This document shows, piece by piece, positions 9,100 through 21,000 of a stretch of 64,000 nt of DNA. The first letter of the stretch is position 1. Each line of letters starts with the position of its first letter. A model generated the notes under the pieces. It searched no databases and was not told the DNA's origin. It saw only the letters and a program-made list of their open reading frames with translations. A program made the position numbers and the translations under genes. Source of the DNA: Elusimicrobiota bacterium (GTDB taxonomy: Bacteria > Elusimicrobiota > Elusimicrobia > Elusimicrobiales > UBA9959); the NCBI GenBank assembly GCA_003482905.1, contig DMXM01000029.1:41108-105107 (forward strand), read 5' to 3'.

Positions 9100-12000
9100 T
9101 TATGGGCCGATACTAAGTGTGTAAAGCCTCCCGTCATTGGAACCTATCAGCACCGCCTTCATATCCGAGTCTATCACAGGGTCGGACCGCACCGGTCCGC
9201 CGGTATAGACCGGCCAGCCGGTTCTGATCTGCCCCGTATTAGCATTGACGCCATAAATCTTGCCGTCGTCACAGCCGAAATAGACATAATCCTCCCCGGC
9301 GCCGAGGCCTACATACCACGCGGGTACCACCACAGGCGAAGACCTTATGGCCCCACCCGCTTGGAAAGTCCAGGCCAGGGCTCCGGTAGCGGCGTCGAGC
9401 TTATAGAGTTTACCGTTATCGGCGCCAAAGAAAACATACTTGGTGCCGCCCAGTATCCAGACGAAAGGCGAGGTATAGATGGAAGAACCGGTATCGTAAT
9501 CGTTCCAGCCGGACATGGCCGTCATATTGCCGGAATTTATAGCGTAGATCTTGCCGTCAGTGGAAGTGATATAGAGCGCATTGTCGGGGCTGGCCACGTA
9601 GGCGTCGAAATAAGGCGAGGACTTTACGGGCCCACCGGTGACGAAAGTGTTATTGGAAGTGCCGTCTCCGGTCTTAAGACTGACGATCTTGCCGTCCTCC
9701 AGCCCGGTCCAGGCCGTGGCTACCGTGGCCCGCTCGTCTATGGAAGGCGCGCCGGCCGGAGGCGCGGTAACGGCGGAAGCGAAGTTCCAGCCGGAGCAGG
9801 CCGAGCCGTCGGTCTTGTTGCGGCAATGGAGCTTGTTGTCGGCAGTCGCGACATAGAGCCTGCTGTCGGTGTCCGATATAGACTTGACCACGGCCCCGAG
9901 GGAAACCTTAGGCCAGGCCTCCGTCACCGTACCGCCGTTGTCCCGCAGTTTATATACATCCCCGTTCTCCCCGGCGAAGTAGATGTAGACCTGCCCCCCC
10001 TCCTCCTGCGGCAGGGATGGCGGAACGCTGATAGGCGTGGCCGGCACGGTCTCGAAGGTCCAGAGCGGCACGCCGGAAGTGCTTAGCGCCACCACGGTCC
10101 CGTCCGTGGAAGGCAGGTATGCCCGGCTCTCCGCCAGCAGGCCTCCCGAGTAGGCCGTTATAGCCGCAGTTATGGGCGCCGAAGATTCCGACACATATGG
10201 CCAGCTGCTATTAACTGGAGGCAGGGCGGGCGAGATAAGGGTGAAAGAAGAAGAATTCACCTCGGTTCCGGGCGTGAATTCCTGGACCAGCGAACCGGAG
10301 GAATCTCCCACGGCGAAACCGGAGGCGGGGTCGAAACGCACCCTGAAGGTGTTGTCAGGCGCCCTGTCGGAGGCGTCCCTGGTGGAAGCGAAGACCACGA
10401 AGAAGGACCGCGTGGAGCCTGCGACCACGCCAGCGGAAGCCAGGCCCTGGCCGCTGACGGTAAGCGTGGACAAACCGGCGGCGTTCAGCGAGATGGCAGC
10501 CATGGGCACGTACGCTACGGTGGCCACGTCGATGGCCGGTTCATATACGTCGGGCAGGCCCGTGGAGGTGGAATCCGCCACCAGCATGACAGCGTCGAAC
10601 AGGTTCATAACCTGCTGCTGTGTAAGTGGGGCGCCAAGGTCGCTATTGAGCAAGGTGAAGGCCACCGTCGCCACGCGCACCTCGTTGGCGCCCGCCGGGC
10701 TGTTGTTGGAAACGGCCACGCGCAGCGGGCTGCCCCGGGTGTCATTGTTCAGCCAGGAGGGCGCGGAGGCGGCATAAGCTGAAGCCGAGTGAACGGCCGC
10801 GTCATAGGTAACCGACGTTATGACCACCTGCGGGGCCGAAGCCGCCCCGGTATCGGAGTTGAGTACAAGACGGTACAACGCTCCGTTCACAAGTGCCCCG
10901 CCGTCCTGGTCCCGGAACTGCAGCCCGAACTGAGCGGTGGCCTGCCCGGACAGCGCCGACACGCTGAAGCCGATATCGTTAAGCCTGTAAATGTGCGGGG
11001 AGGCGGGGTCCGCGGCGCCGCCGCGGCGCGACATGACCAGATTGTTGCCGCGGCCCGCGGAGGCGTCGGCGCCGAGCGTCAGCCGCAGAGGGAAGTTGCG
11101 GGAGAGGTACCTGGCGCCGCCCGACGGATCCGGGTATTGGAGCGTATTGGCCGGGGCTGTTCCCGCGTTGTTATTGCGCGAGGCCAGGGTGGTTCCGGTG
11201 CTGGCTGAAAAATCGGCCGAGTCCACTCCGGTGTGGGAGCCGTCTAAAGGGCCGCGGACTATGGACAGCGCCGACAGGGCGGGGGCGGGGTTGGCGTACG
11301 GGACCAGCTGCGCGGCATAGTTGTACCTGGTGTAAGCCCCGTCGTACTGCCAGGTCAGCTGGCTGACGGTGGAACCGCTGGAATTCTCCAGTGCCAGGAA
11401 ATCCCCGGCGGGGGACAGCCCCTGGGCGCCGAAGACGGAGGCATAAGAACGCCCTTCGTCGTCGGCCGAGGAGCCGTCCAGAGCGGTAAAGTCGAGCGGG
11501 TATATTTTGCGCGAGAACCTGAAGACCTGGCCGGCGGCGGATGACGCCGCGTTGCGCAGCGCGTAGCCGCCAAGCCGGCGGGTGGAAACAGGGTCGGAAC
11601 TGTAGAGCTCTATAAACTCTGAATCCAGCGCGCCGTAGGAGATCTCGTTTATGGTCAGCGCGTCGGTGGAAACGGTATTGGCGTAGCCGCGCGTAGGCGT
11701 CGGGTCTATCTCGAAATAATCCGGCGAGCCGTCGCTGACGCGCGCGAAGGACTGGCCGGGCTGCAGGCCGGCCGGCCACTGCACCTGGTCCACTAGCCCG
11801 CCCGAAGCGTCGAGCAGTTTAACGTGGTAGCTCTGCGCCGCGTTGAGGTCCAGCGCCAGGCCGCTGACGAGGAAGGTGGACATGGCGTTCACGTACTGGC
11901 CCGCCGCTCCGCTCCAGACCGGGATGGCCGTGCCGCCCGGGTCTATGGGATTCTCCACGTAATCCAACTTCCAGCCGGTAAGAGGAACGGTGCTCCCGGA

Positions 12001-15000
12001 GTTATTGAACAGCTCTACCCAATCAGAGGCGGCCGGAGAGCCGGAAGGGTAGACTTCGTTGAGGACCAGAACGGACGGCGAGACCACGCGCGGGTAGGCG
12101 GTGTAGTACTCGAGCGGCACCCCGTCGCCGCGAACAAGCCTTAGGCAGTACACCGCGCCCGGTGACATGCCGTTGTCCTTGAGCGCCAGGTCCCACATGC
12201 CGGAGCGGTTGCGGGCTATGCCGGCCACGGAGTTCAGGAAACCGCCGGATTCGGCGTAGACCTGGTTTATATTGGCCTGCACTCCGTAGAGCGGATCTGC
12301 GGCGTTGGGGGTAAGCGCGGTTTTGTCCGCCGGGACATTGTCGCTGTAAGCTATGGCGGTAAGCGCCGTAACGTCGGTCCAGTCGCCCGGCGTCCCGCTT
12401 GACGGCTCCGCGCAGGTGCCGTCGCCCTGTCCGGCGAACTGCAGCTTGAAGTCCTGGCCGGAGGCTGGCAGGTCCACCTGTCCCACGGTAACCAGCGTCC
12501 TGAGCCGGAATGGATCGCCGGCGGCCGGCAGCACGGCCAGCGCGTTCTGCGCCGCCAGCGGCGCCCCCACGTCCGTGGTGGCCGTATTGGTGAAGAAGCG
12601 GTAAGCGCTGGCCTCGAAGGTAGTGGTTGGGGGGGCGGGCCAGAAGACAAAGGAGAAGCCTCCGGCGAGAGCAGAGCCCAGGTTAGGTTCCAGCGCGGCG
12701 CTGCCGTCGGCGTTGCTCCAGGTGAAGGCCGCCGCGGAGGTCATCACCAGGCGCTTCGCGAACAGGTCGGCGTTGGAGTCCGCCAGGGCAAAGACCAGGC
12801 GCTCCCTGTTCACCGGGTCCTGCTTAAGATCGTAATAACGCTGCGGATTGGCGAAGACGGGGGAAGGCGTAAAGTCCCCCTGGGCCGTGAATGTGGACCC
12901 ATTGCCCACATACCAGCCCAGGTTGGTGACGGCGGAATCGTTATAGGTTATTACGCTTCGCACGGCCGTATTGGAGCTTATCCACGCGGCCGCCACCAGT
13001 TTGGTGCCAGCCAGAGGGACCTGCGCGGAGGTGTCCAAATTGGAGGAATTTGCCCAGACCGCCCCGTTCCAATAGCCGGCCTGCAGGTCAGAACCGGCGT
13101 TGCCAATGGAGGCGAAGACCATTTCGTCCGAGGCCGGATTGGCCGCGAGGTCCAGGTTCGTAGCGTCGTCGAAGAAGTTCTTCGGGTTAACAACCCCCCC
13201 CCAAGTGTGAGCAGGGCTGCCGCCGGTCCAGGCCGCCGTAGCGTAGCGCACGCCGTTGACGCCGTCGGAACCGCCCGAATGGCCCCAGACCACCATAATG
13301 TCGCCGGTCAGCGACTCGGTCTCCACGGCGAAACTTTCGACGTCCTGCGAGGCGGAGACGGTCTCTAGCGAGGCCTCAAGCGCCGAGGCGGGCTCATTCT
13401 CCCAGGCCGTACCGTTCCAGACCATGGCCGACAGGTCCGAGTTGGCGTCCGCCCAGGTGGCGGCGATATTATCATGATCGGCCCGGCGGTCCGGGGCCAT
13501 TTTAACCCAGTGCACCGCGCCCGAAGTGCGTACCGGGTCCAGCGTGGCGGCGGCAGACCAGTTGCCCGAACCGCACCCGGAGGAGCCGGGTTTAGTGCGG
13601 TAGCCAAGTTCGCTGGTGCCGGAAACGCCGCGCGAATACAGCACCATCACATCGCCGCTGTTGGTCTCGAAAGCGATATCAAAACGCCGTGTGGCGTCTG
13701 CGCCGCCTACCGTCTGCGTCCATTCCTCGTACCAGTTGGCGCCGTCGGTGCAGAGTACGCGCAGCGTGCCGCTCTTGACGTAGGCCGCCACAGCTTCTTG
13801 TTTGGTGGTAAGCGGATTGGTGCGCACCGTGAACAGCATTCCTGCGGCTCCGGAGATGGTCTGGCGCACGGCGCTGAACGAATTGGACGCGCTGATATAA
13901 TCGCGGAACTGCGGCATACTGTTGCCGGACTGGGCGTAGATGAGCACGCCGTCCCCGGCCGCGTGCAGGTCGGCCAGGATCAGCGTGTTTACCAGGCCCA
14001 GGCTCACCCATTCCGTGGAATTGCCATTGTTATGCTCGGCCCGCACCCTGGCGTAATAATATGTGTTGCTGCTTAGGCCGCTGAAGGTGGCGCCCGGGCC
14101 GGCCGTGGGGATGGTGGAAAGAACGACCTGGTTGGTAACCCCCGCGTTGAAATCCAAGGCCGTGGAGACATGCACCGTGTACCTGGTGGTCCCGAGCGGG
14201 TTGGAATTGGCGCCCCAGGACAGGATGAAACTGTTGTCGGTGACCGCGCTGAATGGACTGCCGGGAACCGTGGGGATATTGGTCAGCGTAGAGGTGGCCG
14301 GGTAGACGGCCCAGGGGCTCTCGTCGCCCGGCCCGCCGGCTTTCACAAAGAGATAATAGGTGCTGTTCAGCGCCAGGGCAGGGTTGAACACCGCGGCCGA
14401 AGCCCCGGCAGTAACGCTGGAGGCGTACACAGGAGAGGGAGAAACGCCTGGATTTACCGACGCGGCCAGGGTATAGCCGGTGGCTCCGTCCACCAGCGAC
14501 CACGTGGCGGTTATGGAATAACTGGAAACCTGCGTTACCGGGTAGGGAGCCGGCGCGGCCAGGCCGCTGGTGCGGGTGGACCCCAGCGCCGCGTAATCGC
14601 TGTAAACCCCGCTATGGTTCATGGCGCGCACGCGGAAATAGTAGTCGCGGTTGGACAACAGGCCGTAAAAGGAGTAAGACTCGCCGCTGACCGGCGCGGT
14701 AGAGGCCGTCTGCCCGGCCGCGCCGGAGTTGAAGTTCTGGGCTGTGGAAACCTGCACTTGATAAAGCGTGCCCGCCGGGTTGGCGCTGGCGCTCCAGGCG
14801 GCAGTCAGGCCGCCAGATGTCACCGCGCTGAAAGTGGAGAGGGCCGTCAGCGGAAGAGCGGCCAAAGTGGCGGTGCCGGCCGCCGCGGTCCAACTGGTTA
14901 GAACACCGTTGCGGTTCACGGCGGCCGCCAGGAAATAATACGTGGTATTGGGAACAAGCCCCGAGCTGCTGAGGGAGAGGCCGTAGGTATCGGAACTCGC

Positions 15001-18000
15001 GGTTACCGCCCAGGCCGGGGAGAGCGGGTCCGGAGCCGTGGACGAAACCACGCGGTACAGTGTGCCGGGGTCCCTGTTGCCGTTAGCCGACCAGTTGACC
15101 TGTATGACGCCCGTTCCTACCCCGCTGAAACCAGATAGAACCGGGGCATGCGCCACAAGCGTAGCCGTGCCGGCCGGGGCCGTATAACCGGTGGAGATAC
15201 CGCTGACCCCGAGCGCCGCGACACGGAAGTAATATGTTGTGTCAGCCTCCAACCCGGAGGTGCTCAGGGAGAGGTTATAGGTTTCGGAACTGGTCACCAC
15301 CGCCCCGCCGGGGGCGGACGGATCGGAAGCCGTGGACGCAAGGACCCTGTAAAGCGTACCGGCATCCCGGTTGCCGTTGCGCTGCCAGTTGAAGGTGAGC
15401 TCCGCCGCGCCAACCCCGGTGAAACCGGAGAAGATGGGGATGTTGGCGGGTGTGGCCGTGGCCTGTACGGAGGTATAAGCCGTAGGGACGCCGTCCTTGT
15501 TGACGCCGGCCGCGCGGAAGTAATATGTGGTGTCGGCGAACAGCGCCGCCGTAGTCAGCGAGACGTTATATGTGTCGGAAGAACTGAAAGCCGCCGCTCC
15601 GGGGATAAGCGGGTCAGCGGCCGTGGAAACAAGCACCCGGAAGAGCGTCTCGGGGAACCTGTTACCGTTCTGAAGGAAATTGAACCGCACGGAATCAGAA
15701 ACCACGCCGGAGAAAGAGGCGAAGGCCGGCGGGTATTCCAGCAGCGTGGCCTTAGCCGGAAAAGCGAGCCAGTCCCCGGAGACGTAATGTTTATTCGCCC
15801 TGGCGAAGAGATAATAGACCGTGTCGGCGGCCAGACCTTCCACATAAGCCTGATTGTCCCCTTCAAGCGTATCACTGGAAACCGCAATGGAAACAGGCTG
15901 ATCGGGAGACAGCGAAGCCGCCAGCGTGTAGCCGGTAGCGCTGTCTACAAGCGACCAGGAGGCGGCCAGCGAACTCACATGAACCCCCGTTATCTCGCCG
16001 GACGCGGGGCTGCCTATCTCGCCCGGGTTAAGCGTGGCGGCGCTGAAAGGCGGAGCGCTCCAGGCCGTGCGCACCCCATTATTATTCAGCGCCGCGGCGC
16101 GGAAATAGTAGGCGGTACTGGGGTTAAGGTCAGAAGTGCTGAGATAAAGGTTGTAGGTGTCGGAAGAAGAGACCACGGCGCCGGCCGGGGCGGCCGGGTC
16201 AGCCGCGGTGGACGCCAGCACCCGGTAAAGAGTGCCAGGCTCCCGGTTGCCTCCGGCGGACCAGTTGAGCTGGATGAAATTCTCGGTCACGCCAGTGGCG
16301 TAGAAGGAGGACGGAACATTGGCCAGGGTGGAGGTGGAGGCCGCGGCCGTCCAGGCGGTCAGAACCCCGTTCTTGTTCACACCCGCGGCCTTGAAGTAAT
16401 AAGTGGTGTCCGCGAAAAGCGACGCCGAAGCCAGCGACAGGTTGTATGTGTCCGAAGAAACCGCCGCCGCCCCGGCCGGAGAGAGCGGATCCAGAGCCGT
16501 GGACGAAACCACGCGGTACAACGTGCCTGCCGCGTTGCCGTTAGCCGAGAAATTGAACTGCAACGCGTCCTCCGCCACGCCGCTGAAGTCATTGAAGGCA
16601 GGAGGGAAAGCCAGCAGCGTGGCTGTGGCCGCGGCTACGGTATAGTCGGTAGACACCCAGTTCTTGTTCACACCCGCTACCGAGAAATAATAGATGGTAT
16701 CCGCGGCCAGACCCGACGTGCTTAGGTAATTGTTGTAGGTGAGAGAACTTACCGCCAATGCCCCGCCTGGGGCCAGAGGACCGGGCGCCGTTGACGAAAC
16801 CACGCGGTACAGCGTGCCGGCCGCGTTGCCGTTGGCCGAGAAATCGAACCGCAGCGAGCCAGCGGCTACGTCCGAAAAACCGGCGAAGACAGGGGCGAAG
16901 CCCAACAGCGTGGCTGTGCCCCTGGGGGAAGTATAGAGAGTGGCGGCGCCATTATGATTCAGGGCCGCCACGCGGAAATAGTAGGTGGTGTCTGCGGCCA
17001 GGCCGGAGGAACTAAATGACAGGCCATAGGTATCCGCGTACGCGACGGCCGCTCCGGAAGGGCTGGCCGGGTCGGCGGCGGTGGAGGAGAGCACCCTGTA
17101 AAGCGTGCCGGCCGGATTTCCGCCGGAGGCCCAGTCTATGGAAATCCCCCCCGCACTAACGCCGGAGAAGGTTCCGAAAGCAGTTGCGTAAGCCAGCGTA
17201 GCCGTGCCGACGGGAACCGTATAAGACGTCTCCACCCCGTTCTTGTTCACTCCGGCCACGCGGAAATAATAGGTGGTGTTGGCCGCCAGCCCGGAAGAAG
17301 AGAGTGACAAGCTATAGGTCAGCGAAGAAACCGTCACGGCGCCGCCAGGGGCCAGCGGGTCGGGGGCCGTGGAAGAAACAACCCGGTACAGAGTACCTGG
17401 GTAACGGTTACCGTTAGCCGACCAGTTAAATTGCATGGCGGTCTGGCCAATACCGCTGAAACCGGTAAAAGCCGGTGGGAAGGCCAGCAGCGTAGCGGTA
17501 GCGGCCGGCGCTGTATAGGCGGTGGGGGTACCGTTATGATTCAACCCTGCCACGCGGAAATAATAGGTAGTGTCCCCGGCCAGCCCCGCAGTACTCAGAA
17601 AAGTGTTGTAGGTCAGAGAACTGACGGCCACGGCCCCGCCAGGACTCAACGGGTCCGCCGCGGTGGAGGAAACTACGCGATACAGCGTGCCTGGGTCGGC
17701 GTTGCCATTGGCTGACCAGTCGAACATTATAGAACCGGAAGCCGCCTCGCCGAAACCGGCGAAGACCGGGGCGAAAGCCAGCAGCGTGGCAGTGCCGGAA
17801 TGCAGCCGCCAGCCGCTGGAAACCCCTTCGAAGTTGCTGCGCGCGAACAGGTAATAGGTGGTGTTCGGGGAGAAGGTCGGGACCGACAGCGTGGCCGACA
17901 AGTTCCCCAAGGTGTGGCTGGAGGAATAGAGCGGGGAGGGCTCGTCGCCGGGGTTGACCGACGCGGCCAGCGTATAACTGGTGGTCTCGCTCACCAGCGG

Positions 18001-21000
18001 CCAGGAGGCGGATATCTGCGATTCCGTCACGCCGGTGACCGAAATTGAGTCCGGCCGCGCCGGCCGCAGTTCCTCCAGCACCTGCAGCCAACTGTCGCCG
18101 GCGGCGTTGGCGGTAGGGCCATCCACCGACACGGAGACTGTCCTGCCGCTGGACATGGTCACTCCGTTGCCGTCGTCTATATACAGGCGCAGAGCCAGCC
18201 TGTCGCCGTTACTGATGGCGGTGGGGGTGGGCTGGACGGTCCAAGTCTGGGCCCCGTCGGCTATTCCCAGCTCGGTCCGGGCGAGGACCGCGGTGGCCAC
18301 CGTAGAGATTATCACTCCCGAATTATTGGTGCGGTAGAGCACCCCGGTTACGGTGGCGTTGGCCTGCACGGCGCTCTCCCACGCCCTGATATTGAAAGTT
18401 ACGCTGCTGATCAGAGTCACAGCGTCGAGCGGCATAGTGTACCAGGTCTGCACCGCCCCGCCGGCCGCCTTGGTTATCTGTGTAGCGCTGGTGGGCGGCG
18501 TCACGGCGCCGGCCAGCGTGCTCTTTGTATAGGTAACCGGGGCGGCGCCGCGCAGGAGGGAGAGCCTGCGCTCCTCGCCGGTGTCGGGCGCGGCGGCGGT
18601 GGAAACGTCGTCGCGCAGGTAGAGCTTGGTCACCACCTGCAGGGTACGCTCAGACTGAGCAGCCGTGTAACTGGTGGCTATGCCATTCTTGTTAACCGCG
18701 GCGAGGCGGAAATAGTAGATCTTATTGGTGATAAGCCCGGAGGAAGACAGTGAAAGGTCGTAAGTGTCCTCGTAAGTCACATTCGCGCCGCCCGGGTTCA
18801 GCGGGTCCGCCGCACTGGAAACCGCCACCCGGTACAAAGTGCCGTCGGCGTTGCCGTTGGGCGACCACGATACCCGGATAGCGTCCGCCTGTATGTCGCT
18901 AAATCCGGAGAACAGGGGCGGATAGGCCGCCAGCGTGGCCGTGCCGCGCGCCGCCGTATAGGCCGTAGCCACGCCGTCGCCGTTAACGGCGGCCACGCGG
19001 AAGTAATAGGTGGTATCCGCGGCCAGGCCGGAACTGCTGACATAAAGCCCGTAAGAATCCAACAGCGTCACAGCCTCGCCGCCGGGGTTGAGCGGGTCCG
19101 GGGCGGCGGATACCGCCACCCGGTACAGCGTGCCGACGGGGTTGCCGCCGGCCGTCCAGTTGGCGTCAATGCGCGCCGCCGCTACGTCGTCGAAATGGGA
19201 AAAAACCGGCTGCCGCGCCAGCGTACGCGCGCGTTCCGGCGCGGTATAAGCGGTGGGCTGCCCGTCGTGCCCCAGCGCCGCGGCCACAAAATAGTAAGCC
19301 TTGTCGACGGCCAGGCCCGAGGAACTGAGATAGAGATTATACGTGTCGGAGGAGGTGACCGGTTCGCCGCCCGGGGCCAGGGGATCTGGCGCAGGCGAGG
19401 CCAGCACCCGGTAAAGAGTATCCGCGGGGTTGCCGCCGCCCGACCACATGAAATCCACAGAGGAATCCGTGACCGTGCCGACTCCGGGAAAAACAGGCGC
19501 TTCCGGAAGCGTAGGATTGGCCTGCGCCGCGGAGTAGGCGCTCAGAACGCCGTTACTGTTTACGGCGGCGACCCTGAAATAATAGGAGGTATCCGGCGTC
19601 AGGCCCGCGGTAGAAAGGGAGAGGTTATACGTATCGGAGGAGGCCACAGGCGCGCCGCCAGGGTTAAGCGGGTCAGGAGCCGGCGAGGAGAGCACCCGGT
19701 ACAGGGTGCCAGCAGGATTGCCGCCGGCCGTCCAGGCAAAGGTCATGGCGGAAGTCCCGGTAGCGGAAAATTCAGAAAATGCCGGCAGGCTGGCCAGCGT
19801 AGAAGTGCCGCGCGAAGCCGTGTAGGCCGTGGGAACGCCGTCCTTGTTCAAGCCGGCTATCCTGAAATAGTAGGCGGTGTTGGCCGCCAGCGCGGCGGAC
19901 GAAAGGGAAAGGTTATAGGTGTCTGAAGAAACCACCGCCGCCCCGGCCGGAGCCAGTGGGTCCGCGGCCGTAGACGAAAACACCCGGTACAGCGTACCGC
20001 CGGGGTTCCCCCCGCCGGTCCAGGACAGCCCCACGGAACCATCCGTTATAGGTCCGAAAGAACCAAAAACCGGGACATATTGCAGCAGGGTGGCCGCGGG
20101 GTCGTATTTATTCCAGGCGCTGACAACACCGGGACCATTGGCCCTTATGAACAGGTAATAGACGGTATCCGGAGACAGCCCCGGCAGTTGCGCGGATGTC
20201 AGTGAAACCACGGTGCTTGAGGCGTAAATATCCGTAGGCGGTTCGGCGGCGTAAAGCGAAGCGGCCAGCGCATAGCCGGTGGCGCCGGCGACAAGAGACC
20301 AGGCGGCCGTGACGGACGAGATATGCGGCGTCAGCGCGCCGGCCAGCGGGGCGGCCAGCGTGCCGGGAGACAGCGTGGTGGTGGAAACTATTCCGCTCCA
20401 GGCCGTAATAACGCCGTTGTTGTTCACTGCGCGCGCAAGGAAGTGGTACTTAGTGCTGAAAGCCAGGACCTCGGTGGAAAGATACAGATTATAAGTATCC
20501 GAGCTGGTCACCGCCGCCCCTGCGGGAGCCAGCGGGTTCGCCGCCGTGGAGACCATTACCCTGTAAAGCGTGCTGGGCCCGCTGACGTTGGTCCATTCCA
20601 GACGCACCTTGTCGGAGGTGGTTTCGGTGAACTGCAGCCCTGAAGGGACGGCCGCCAGCGTGGAAGTCCCGGCTATGTCCGTATAGGCTGTCAGCGCTCC
20701 GTCCTTATTAACCCCTGCGGCGCGGAAGTAATAGGTGGAGTTCGGGACCAGGTCCGATGAGATCAACGCGATATTGTAAGTATCGGAGGAAACCACCGCC
20801 GCCCCGCCCGGAGAGAGCGGGTCCGGGGCCGTCGAGGCCGCCACCCGGAACAGCGTGCCCGGATAGGTGTTTCCGTTGGCCGAAAAATTAAACTGCATGC
20901 CGGTCTCACTTACACCGGTAAAAGCGGAGAGGGCGGGAGCGTATCGCAGCAGCGAGGCGCGGTTCTCCGAAGCCGTATATTCCGTGAGCACACCGTTGCG

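Noticed and set aside
9078-9102. Read-through or frameshift fusing the giant protein to the CTD-bearing protein
   Set aside because: Clean TAA stop, and the next gene has its own ATG and signal peptide.
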